IMG/VR virus record: IMGVR_UViG_3300024319_000010
Direction: 5' to 3' (one strand)
Origin: an uncultured virus (IMG/VR IMGVR_UViG_3300024319_000010)
Lineage: Duplodnaviria > Heunggongvirae > Uroviricota > Caudoviricetes > Crassvirales
DNA: 64,000 nt
Position 1 is the stretch's first letter, and each line of letters starts with the position of its first letter. The notes under the pieces are model-generated. The model searched no databases. It saw nothing but the letters and a program-made list of their open reading frames with translations, and was not told the origin of the DNA. Of the stretch, positions 10,150 to 17,510 are shown piece by piece. The position numbers were made by a program, and so were the translations under genes.

Positions 10150-11859
10150 TTATATTAAGCCTAGAAGTTTTAACAGCTGTGTGTTTTGACCGTTGTCTTG
10201 GTATTGTCTATCCATGACTCCGTATTTATTCCATGAAGGTTTTAATGCTTCAAGGGCTGCCTCTTGACTTTTTCGGTTTGTTCGCTGCGTTAGCAAGTTC
10301 ATTGCGTCTCCTGTAATAGCACTGGAGAAATCAGATATTGCGTTCCGCTTTTGATTATTAAAATCTAGCTGTGCATTCTCGTTATCAAAGATAATGTTAT
10401 TATTTAATTGATTAGCTTTTGCATTAGCCATTGTTTGCATATTCTGCAATTGTGATTCTCTATTAAACTTATCAGCATATAACTGATTAAAGTTTCTTTG
10501 ATTACCAGATTGTAATCCTGCAAGATTGTTTCTTACATTATTTCTTTTAGTAGAATTAGCATTTAATCCTCTAGCTAGTAATGCAGTTTGTTCTTCTGCA
10601 GCATTAATTTGTGGTGCTATATTGTACTGTGTGTTTAAGTAAACAGGATCTTCTAAATTCTTAGGTGCAGGAGCTTGCATGTCACTAATAGCACTTGCTT
10701 TATCATAGTATTCTTTTGCTTTAGAAAGACCGGATAAAGCACCTGGTAGTCTACTACCTAAATCTTTTAGCTTATTTCCAAAGTTACCTTTTTCTGAAGG
10801 CGTATCTGGTATACCTGTCGGAGCCGCCATGTTAGGAATGTCTATCATTTCTGCTGTAGGTTCCATACTAGGCATTTGAATTCCTGCAGGTGTACCTTCT
10901 AATAGTCCTTGTTGTCTTAATGCTGTAAGAGTATCAATACCAAATTTACCATCTACTCCCGCATTGTTTATAGATCTAGAACCACCATCGTTTAATATGT
11001 CTCCCTCTTCTCCTGAAAACTGAAAAGATTCTCCTGACTTATTAAGCATAGCAGTTTGTAATGCTTTTACATGTTTAGGATTAGTTGCGTCAAAATCTTC
11101 TATACCAGTAATAGATCTTGCTTTAAGCATTAAGTCTTCAAAGTCTCTAGGTTTTACACCGTCATATAAACCATTACTATTAGAAGTAGTAGGAGTAGCA
11201 GGAGGCGTTGCTAAAGTGCCATCAGCGTTTAATTCCCTGCCTAAATAATCTGCATCTGGGTCTGGCTCTACATAAGGCTGCCCATTTACACTAACTGTTT
11301 TATTAGTGTTTAAATCTATTTCATAGTTACTACCTGAAAATGTCATATTAGTTGTAGCATCATCAGGCATTAATATTTTACCTTCACTAACTGCATCTAA
11401 ACCTCCAAGACTTTTAAAGAATTGGTAGGTATTTCCATCCATAACTCTTTCTGAAAAAGTATAAACTCCGTCTTTTTCAGTAACTCCTTTAGGTAAAGTT
11501 TGACCTCCAGCTTGCATGTACCCCATAGCATTTCTTACTCCTTTTGGTAATTTAGGTAACCCTTTATTACTGTCAGGAATAGAAGCTAATCCCCCATAAG
11601 CATAACCATTAGCGGTTCGTGTTCCTATACTAAGATTAGGAGAGTTAGGTGCTTGTTTCTTTTGATCCATTACATTTGCTGCTTCCTGGTTCTCCATAAC
11701 AAGAGAATTCATATTGTCTGATACACGTCTTAGCATACGAGTAGCTGAGTTTTTTTCAGCTTCAGTTACAGCTCCTTGTAATTGTTTATCATATTTATTA
11801 TATGATTGAGTAAGCTTTTCTGCTATCTCAGCGTATGTAAGTTTATTTGGTTTTGCCAT
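10150..11859 (-). CDS. Putative virion cargo/ejection protein with a peptidoglycan-binding-like motif (569 aa)
   Basis: YAYGG and MQAGG motifs; VKALQ...GVDGKFGIDTLTAL resembles PG_binding_1; N/Q-rich coiled-coil C-terminus; synteny. Confidence 0.6.
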   Translation of the reverse strand: MAKPNKLTYAEIAEKLTQSYNKYDKQLQGAVTEAEKNSATRMLRRVSDNMNSLVMENQEAANVMDQKKQAPNSPNLSIGTRTANGYAYGGLASIPDSNKGLPKLPKGVRNAMGYMQAGGQTLPKGVTEKDGVYTFSERVMDGNTYQFFKSLGGLDAVSEGKILMPDDATTNMTFSGSNYEIDLNTNKTVSVNGQPYVEPDPDADYLGRELNADGTLATPPATPTTSNSNGLYDGVKPRDFEDLMLKARSITGIEDFDATNPKHVKALQTAMLNKSGESFQFSGEEGDILNDGGSRSINNAGVDGKFGIDTLTALRQQGLLEGTPAGIQMPSMEPTAEMIDIPNMAAPTGIPDTPSEKGNFGNKLKDLGSRLPGALSGLSKAKEYYDKASAISDMQAPAPKNLEDPVYLNTQYNIAPQINAAEEQTALLARGLNANSTKRNNVRNNLAGLQSGNQRNFNQLYADKFNRESQLQNMQTMANAKANQLNNNIIFDNENAQLDFNNQKRNAISDFSSAITGDAMNLLTQRTNRKSQEAALEALKPSWNKYGVMDRQYQDNGQNTQLLKLLGLI

Positions 11860-11861
11860 GA

Positions 11862-14036
11862 TTAAATGTCTTTTAAATAGTTTGTAGCATCCGTTTTAAG
11901 TCTGTCAGAAAATACAAACCCAGAATTTAATACTTGATTCGTTTGTGTTGCAAACTCTGTATTACCTCCTGCTACTCCAATACCTCCTGATTTATCATCA
12001 TGTGTATCGCCTGTAAATTTAAACATATTTTCTCCAACTTTAGTAGCTTTTCCGTGTTGATCTGTTTTAGGTGGATTACCATTAGGTGCCATCATTAGTT
12101 CTCCTCCTTCTACAGTATAGTCTGATTCCTCTGTTGGTATGTGTCCTCCATACTTTGCATAATAACCCGCATTGTCTACACCGTCTTGTGGGTATTGAGC
12201 CATAATAGCGGCGGATTTAACAGCATCATTTGCTCTACCTGATGCTATTTTAGAATCTATTCCTGCTTCTTTAATCTTTCGTTCTTCTTCCATTTGCTTT
12301 TTTCTCTGACTCTTTCCTAAAAAGAATCCTCCTAATCCTCCAACAATAGCTCCTACTCCTGCGCCTATAGGTCCAAAAGCCATTCCCATAGAAGCTCCTT
12401 GTCCTGCCATGCTAAGACCTGTAGATATACCAGCGTCTTTTGAATCATAAGTACCATCACTCATTCCATGTTGTGTAGCTAATCCTCCCGCAAGTTGACC
12501 TATTTGTCCCCAAGGTACTGCAGGTCCTCCTGCACCGGCTGCAGCAGTTGCACCAGTTGCATTTGCTGTTGCTGCTGTTTGATTAGCTGTACTAGGGTCC
12601 ATGTATCCCGGAGATCCTCCTATACCATATTGTGGTTTTGTTTTACCTCCGTTACCAAAGGTTATATTAACATCCGCTCCTTCACCTGGTCCACTTCCTT
12701 TATACTCGGCAAGCTTTCTAAGTTTTTGGTATGCAGTAAGATCAGGATTTTCTTTTAGTTCTTTTCTAAAACCATCCATCCCGCCTTCTTTAGCGTTGTT
12801 AAAATTATATTTATCTGTATAAGTGTACGTTCCGTCCTCGTTCTTTTTAAATCCTATTTGCCCAAACGTAGTTTTTGCTGAGTAGTTAGGGTCTAATAAA
12901 CGTGACGCTAGTTTTGCTGTAGTATCATCTGGATTTCCTCCAACATCTCCATATTGACTATCTGTATCATAGTCTCCGTACTCTATAAAACTCTTACCTG
13001 CTTTTTCTGCTTTTTCTCTTGCACCTTGTAGCGCGTCTTTTTCTGCTTGACTTAAATGTCTTTCATTGATTTCACTATCGTTGCCCATTAAATCATTTGC
13101 AAAAGCTCTTACGTTTAATGGTATCATATTTTGTATAGACTGAGGGATTAAGAAATCCTCTGGATCCATTTTTTTCATTCTATTTATTAAATCAGAACCT
13201 GCTCCAATCATAGCTGGCGTAAGACCTGTCATAGTATTTACCATTCCTCCAGCTTGCATTTCCGGTTGTGGTCTTAAAGGACCCTCCATGCTAAAAGCAG
13301 GATCATCCTGTAGGTTCTGAGCGTAACCATTCATAGTAGGTGCTGGTTGTGCCATAGCTGTAGGAAAAAAACTACTTGGACTAAAAGAAGAATTAGCTGC
13401 CACATTTTTAACCATATCAGGAGCATGTTTTACACCCATCTTTGCAGTTAGCTTTGCAGTTGTTTTATCTAGACCAGGCATTATTTTACTTGCCACATTT
13501 TTATATGCATGCATTGCGTCATCCCCGTATTGTGCTACAGCATTTGCTGCGTCATCTAAATAAGGACTAACTGCTTTCATAGAACCTTTTAATCCTTTTC
13601 CAATAGTACCTGCGTAAGGTATTGCTTGTAAAGCTCCATATGCAGTTTTACCCAAGTCTCCTTTTTGAACTCCTTGTGTTACTTTAGAAACTGCACCAGG
13701 TAAATTAATTAAGTCAATTGGTAAATCAAAAGCTTCTCTTTCTACAACACCTGCGTCTATAGCTCCGCCTATTCCGTTTGTCCATTCTCCTCCTGTTTGA
13801 TACAAATTTTTTGCAACTGTAAAAGGATTTTGTGCAAAAGCATGTAGCTTAGTCATAAAAGAATCGTCCTCTGTTGCTCTTATTGAACCTTGAGGTTGTA
13901 TTGCACCTTGAGGTTGATTAGTAGCATACCATTGCATTATCTCCTCTTGACTACCATTTGTAGGAAACGGTTGTTTTTGTATTACCTCTCCTCCTGCTTG
14001 GTACTTTGGAGTTTTATATGAATATACTTTCTTCAT
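11862..14036 (-). CDS. Putative virion cargo/ejection protein with a glycine-zipper membrane segment (724 aa)
   Basis: GMAFGPIGAGVGAIVGGLGGFFLG segment; VEGGE...G.TH...GG...VFSDRL block typical of crAss-like cargo proteins; several hydrophobic-x-x-GG motifs. Confidence 0.65.
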   Translation of the reverse strand: MKKVYSYKTPKYQAGGEVIQKQPFPTNGSQEEIMQWYATNQPQGAIQPQGSIRATEDDSFMTKLHAFAQNPFTVAKNLYQTGGEWTNGIGGAIDAGVVEREAFDLPIDLINLPGAVSKVTQGVQKGDLGKTAYGALQAIPYAGTIGKGLKGSMKAVSPYLDDAANAVAQYGDDAMHAYKNVASKIMPGLDKTTAKLTAKMGVKHAPDMVKNVAANSSFSPSSFFPTAMAQPAPTMNGYAQNLQDDPAFSMEGPLRPQPEMQAGGMVNTMTGLTPAMIGAGSDLINRMKKMDPEDFLIPQSIQNMIPLNVRAFANDLMGNDSEINERHLSQAEKDALQGAREKAEKAGKSFIEYGDYDTDSQYGDVGGNPDDTTAKLASRLLDPNYSAKTTFGQIGFKKNEDGTYTYTDKYNFNNAKEGGMDGFRKELKENPDLTAYQKLRKLAEYKGSGPGEGADVNITFGNGGKTKPQYGIGGSPGYMDPSTANQTAATANATGATAAAGAGGPAVPWGQIGQLAGGLATQHGMSDGTYDSKDAGISTGLSMAGQGASMGMAFGPIGAGVGAIVGGLGGFFLGKSQRKKQMEEERKIKEAGIDSKIASGRANDAVKSAAIMAQYPQDGVDNAGYYAKYGGHIPTEESDYTVEGGELMMAPNGNPPKTDQHGKATKVGENMFKFTGDTHDDKSGGIGVAGGNTEFATQTNQVLNSGFVFSDRLKTDATNYLKDI

Positions 14037-14491
14037 TATTTTTTAATTGAATTATATTTTTCAAAACCACGGCTACCAAAATAGGCAACATAGATAGTAA
14101 CTAATAAAGTTTTTAATAACTCTACCCAACTTTCATCGATATTAAAAGCAATATCTAAACTATCTAGTATAATATATAAAGACATCATTACAGTTAAGTA
14201 TATTAATGTCATAGGACGTGTGTTTTTAGAAAGCCATGAATCACTCTTCATGTCTGACTCCCAACGCTTAGAGACCTCTTGCATTTCTACTATGTCTTGT
14301 TCTAAAAGCTTTAAAGCTGTTTCTTTATCTTGAGCAGGCATAACGTCATCTTTATCAATAAGATTCTTTACAACGCCTAAGACACCACTATCGGGTAACA
14401 AATCACCAACGATGTCTGCTATCTTAGATCCACTACCAAGTAAGAACTTTCCTACTTTAGTATCCTTAAATTTTTTCTTTGGTTTGCTCAT
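14036..14491 (-). CDS. Holin (GTA 3TM-holin-like)
   Basis: RWESDMKSDSWLSKNTRP motif followed by two TM helices and YFGSRGFEK. Confidence 0.75.
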   Translation of the reverse strand: MSKPKKKFKDTKVGKFLLGSGSKIADIVGDLLPDSGVLGVVKNLIDKDDVMPAQDKETALKLLEQDIVEMQEVSKRWESDMKSDSWLSKNTRPMTLIYLTVMMSLYIILDSLDIAFNIDESWVELLKTLLVTIYVAYFGSRGFEKYNSIKK

Positions 14492-14497
14492 GTCTTT

Positions 14498-14749
14498 TTA
14501 TTTTTTTTTACCTTCTAGGTATCCTTTTTCGTATTGCAATTCTTTTTCAATACCAACTATCCTGTCTTCTAATCCGTTAATGACTTTAATTTTCTTGTCT
14601 AACCTCTCATGTACAGTTGTTAACTCCACTTTTAAGGCAGTAAACTGAGCAAAAATAGTTCCTGCTGTAAATATAGCAGCCAACAAACCGACCACAATTG
14701 ACCAGTTGTTTGCTAAAAACTTATTTATGTTTACTTCCTCACTAGACAT
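14498..14749 (-). CDS. Small membrane protein with a coiled coil (lysis-accessory candidate)
   Basis: Likely ATG at 14749 (MSSEEV...); one TM helix then a heptad coiled coil; adjacent to the holin. Confidence 0.55.
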   Translation of the reverse strand: MSSEEVNINKFLANNWSIVVGLLAAIFTAGTIFAQFTALKVELTTVHERLDKKIKVINGLEDRIVGIEKELQYEKGYLEGKKK

Positions 14750-14753
14750 TGAA

Positions 14754-14894
14754 TTAAATATTACCAAATCTTCTTTTAGATTCCCATTGTACCTTTTTGC
14801 TTTTAGCTAAGTATAGTTTTTTAGAAACTAATTTATTATAATTGTTTCTTAGTGAATTTAATTGAGGTCCACTATTACTACTTATATCACTCAT
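14754..14894 (-). CDS. Small basic protein (46 aa)
   Basis: Hand-translated MSDISSNSGPQLNSLRNNYNKLVSKKLYLAKSKKVQWESKRRFGNI; ATGA overlap with the upstream stop; fills the gap exactly. Confidence 0.6.
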   Translation of the reverse strand: MSDISSNSGPQLNSLRNNYNKLVSKKLYLAKSKKVQWESKRRFGNI

Positions 14895-14995
14895 TTCTTT
14901 TTCTTTGCTGTTGTTTTCTTTGAAGTAATTTTTTTCTTTTTTTTCTTAGGAGGTCTACCTACTTTAGATCCGTATGTTCCTTTACCGTATGGCAT
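14891..14995 (-). CDS. Lysine-rich micro-protein (34 aa)
   Basis: Hand-translated MPYGKGTYGSKVGRPPKKKKKKITSKKTTAKKKK. Confidence 0.65.
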   Translation of the reverse strand: MPYGKGTYGSKVGRPPKKKKKKITSKKTTAKKKK

Positions 14996-15014
14996 AATTA
15001 ATATATTTAAAGTG

Positions 15015-15146
15015 TTATTTTTTTACGCATTTGTTTACCATTTTAGCCCTACCACTCTTAGTTTTTTTACCACTAGGTGATTTCTTTTTACCGACTGCTT
15101 TATAACCTTTCCAACAGCTAGGACCCTTTTTCTTTTTTTTTGCCAT
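15015..15146 (-). CDS. Lysine-rich micro-protein with a CWKGY...NKCV motif (43 aa)
   Basis: Hand-translated MAKKKKKGPSCWKGYKAVGKKKSPSGKKTKSGRAKMVNKCVKK. Confidence 0.65.
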   Translation of the reverse strand: MAKKKKKGPSCWKGYKAVGKKKSPSGKKTKSGRAKMVNKCVKK

Positions 15147-15156
15147 GTTTATAGTT

Positions 15157-15330
15157 TTAAGAGCCGCATCCTATACAGTCTATACTAGAGTCTGTAGGCT
15201 TTACCCCATTTAATTTCATTTCTATATTATGGATCTCATCAGCAATAGTCATCTGCTCCATAAAGTCACTTGTTTGTAACTTTTTTGCTTTTAACGTCTC
15301 TAACGTTTTAAGCATCTCGTCTTTATTCAT
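15157..15330 (-). CDS. Small helical protein with a C-terminal CxxCGS (57 aa)
   Basis: Likely start MNKDEML at 15330; ends DCIGCGS. Confidence 0.65.
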   Translation of the reverse strand: MNKDEMLKTLETLKAKKLQTSDFMEQMTIADEIHNIEMKLNGVKPTDSSIDCIGCGS

Positions 15331-15520
15331 AGTCTTCATCATAACCCCATTCATAAATAAGTGTTACAAAACCTAGCCTAAGCATAGCTGTACACCAGTT
15401 TTCTATTTGAGTAGGCGCATAGAAATCATAAGAAAAACCAAAGCCTTCGTGAGGCAACTTGATATTTAAACCAAAAGCCCACCAAGTACCGTCTTCATTA
15501 TTATTTCTTTTTGCTTTCAT
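15323..15520 (-). CDS. Hypothetical protein (65 aa, aromatic-rich)
   Basis: ORF track; overlaps both neighbours in the operon. Confidence 0.55.
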   Translation of the reverse strand: MKAKRNNNEDGTWWAFGLNIKLPHEGFGFSYDFYAPTQIENWCTAMLRLGFVTLIYEWGYDEDYE

Positions 15521-15770
15521 TAGCTTTCTTTTTTGGTCTACCTCTTCTTTTTTTACCGGCTGCTGCAGATCCTACATCTCCTAGTTGATTCCCAACTTCT
15601 TTAATTGCAGAGCTAACATCTCCTAATTCTTTTTTAACCGTCTTAGCTCTACTCTTTACTTCTTTTACTACCTCAATAGCTTTTTCATCTACTGTAGTTA
15701 GACCCCATAGTTTAACCCATATAGATTTAAACCAGTTGCCTATTTTTTTGCAAACGCATTCTGTACACAT
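15501..15770 (-). CDS. Amphipathic basic protein with an AT-hook-like RRGRPKK (89 aa)
   Basis: Trp-rich amphipathic N-terminal helix, coiled coil, basic tail. Confidence 0.6.
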   Translation of the reverse strand: MCTECVCKKIGNWFKSIWVKLWGLTTVDEKAIEVVKEVKSRAKTVKKELGDVSSAIKEVGNQLGDVGSAAAGKKRRGRPKKKANESKKK

Positions 15771-15776
15771 ATTTTA

Positions 15777-16136
15777 TTAATTTGAATTTTTTATTTTATT
15801 TACTTGTGCTTGTATTTCACTATAACCAATAGTTGGAACCATTGAAATACCTGCTTGATATCTGTATGTAAGCTTTCCTCCATTTGTAATAAATATAGCA
15901 GGAACAGATTTAATTTTTTCTTTAAACTCTTTAGGTTGGTCATCTAAATAACCATAAACATATTTGCAGCCTCTTAAAGCGCCTAAGTTTTTTATTGAGT
16001 TTCTTTCATTCCACTCTGAGTTTATTTGATAAACTACGATTTTATTTGTGGAAGGGTTTGAAGTAGACTTAGTTGGTGTCCAAGTTGAACCGGTGGGTAT
16101 AAAAAATAATACAACTAAAATTAAAAGATTTTTCAT
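15777..16136 (-). CDS. Exported thioredoxin-fold-like protein lacking CxxC
   Basis: Signal-like N-terminus; IVVYQINSEWN and IKSVPAIFITNGGK match the thioredoxin beta2/WC and cis-Pro segments. Confidence 0.5.
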   Translation of the reverse strand: MKNLLILVVLFFIPTGSTWTPTKSTSNPSTNKIVVYQINSEWNERNSIKNLGALRGCKYVYGYLDDQPKEFKEKIKSVPAIFITNGGKLTYRYQAGISMVPTIGYSEIQAQVNKIKNSN

Positions 16137-16142
16137 AGCTCA

Positions 16143-16430
16143 TCAATTTTTTTTGATACTTAGTTCATATAGCCTCTTTTCTATCAAGTCTAATTTTTTA
16201 CCGTTCTCCATGACTTGTGCGCCTGTGTTCATTATTTGCTCTCTTACTAGTTGATCTTTAAGATCATATTCAGATCTAGTAATTGGAGGTTTAGGTAGTT
16301 CCTTTGCTAAAGCAATATCCGCTTTTAGCGTGAAGAATACTGTTGCTAAACTCATAACAAAACCTATAATAATTCCAATTGTTTTAAGGTCGAGTTGTAC
16401 GTTAGTATCTTCGCTTATTTTTACAGCCAT
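16143..16430 (-). CDS. Small membrane protein with a coiled coil (95 aa)
   Basis: One TM helix (IGIIIGFVMSLATVFF) followed by a coiled coil. Confidence 0.6.
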   Translation of the reverse strand: MAVKISEDTNVQLDLKTIGIIIGFVMSLATVFFTLKADIALAKELPKPPITRSEYDLKDQLVREQIMNTGAQVMENGKKLDLIEKRLYELSIKKN

Positions 16431-16719
16431 TTTTGATGTTTTTAAAGTATAATTAATTTACGTTACAGGTTAAATACAGTACTACCTAATTTTTGTGTTT
16501 ATTAACCTTAATAAAACACATATACTTTTATTAATCTTTTACGATTAAATTCTAAAACTATTATTGGAAGACGTATATACGTACTCCTCTATGATTACAT
16601 TGTTAATCAAAGAGAGTCAGCCTCTGAAGATACTGTGAGCTGAAGATACTATACTAAAAACTGATATACTTTTAATTCTGATTTGCTATGCTGACTATCT
16701 ATGATACCTAAAATAAATA

Positions 16720-17508
16720 TTATCTGGCAGATAACCTCATATTAGCACTAACATCATACAAATATAAGCTATTTTGGCTGACATTGTCAAATGAAAAGCG
16801 AGAAATAATGAATTTATCTATAAATCTTTTTTGTGTATACCAAGGTTTACTACTGTTTATGTTACTTGATATTACGTTTAAATCGCTGTCTATAAACGGA
16901 TTAGACGTGTTACTAACTAGATCTCTAAACTTGTTTACACCCCACGTACCTTCTCTATTATACATATTATAATTTAGTGTAGTGGCATTGTTACTTGTCT
17001 TTAATGTAAGATCTAAGCTACCAGAACACTGATAAGAGTTATAAATTAAAAGGTCTGTAATTGTTTCTTGGTGTAAGTTAGCACCAGCTGCGTTAGTTAT
17101 TTTACTTACCCAGTTAACTGTAGAAAATACTTTTGTATAAACGTTTTCTGGATTAAATACCGCATCAATATAACTTGCATATGTAGTCTGTGAGCTACCT
17201 ACCTCATAGTATCTAGCATACTTACCTTGTATGTTATGTCTGTAAAGCTTTTTATAATCACTAGAAAATATAATATTTCTAGTATTAACCATTACAGACG
17301 GATAGTAATCATGATAAGATGCCCAGCTTTTTGTGTCAAGCGCATAGGATAAAGTCCAAGAGTTATTTATAAAATATGTAGCTAGCTCAGATTCCTGCAG
17401 CTGTCTTAAATATTTTACTCCTCCAGATGTTTGCACTGTATAATAAGCTCCGTCGTTTAAGACTAAACTACCTACGGCTAGATCTGCTATGTTAGTTATT
17501 ACGCTCAT
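16720..17508 (-). CDS. Tail stabilisation/muzzle protein, separately encoded C-terminal part
   Basis: SWTLSY...WASYHDYYP, TKVF, YNSYQCSG and REGTW..NKFRD motifs typical of the C-terminus of crAss-like Tstab/muzzle proteins. Confidence 0.7.
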   Translation of the reverse strand: MSVITNIADLAVGSLVLNDGAYYTVQTSGGVKYLRQLQESELATYFINNSWTLSYALDTKSWASYHDYYPSVMVNTRNIIFSSDYKKLYRHNIQGKYARYYEVGSSQTTYASYIDAVFNPENVYTKVFSTVNWVSKITNAAGANLHQETITDLLIYNSYQCSGSLDLTLKTSNNATTLNYNMYNREGTWGVNKFRDLVSNTSNPFIDSDLNVISSNINSSKPWYTQKRFIDKFIISRFSFDNVSQNSLYLYDVSANMRLSAR

Positions 17509-17510
17509 AT

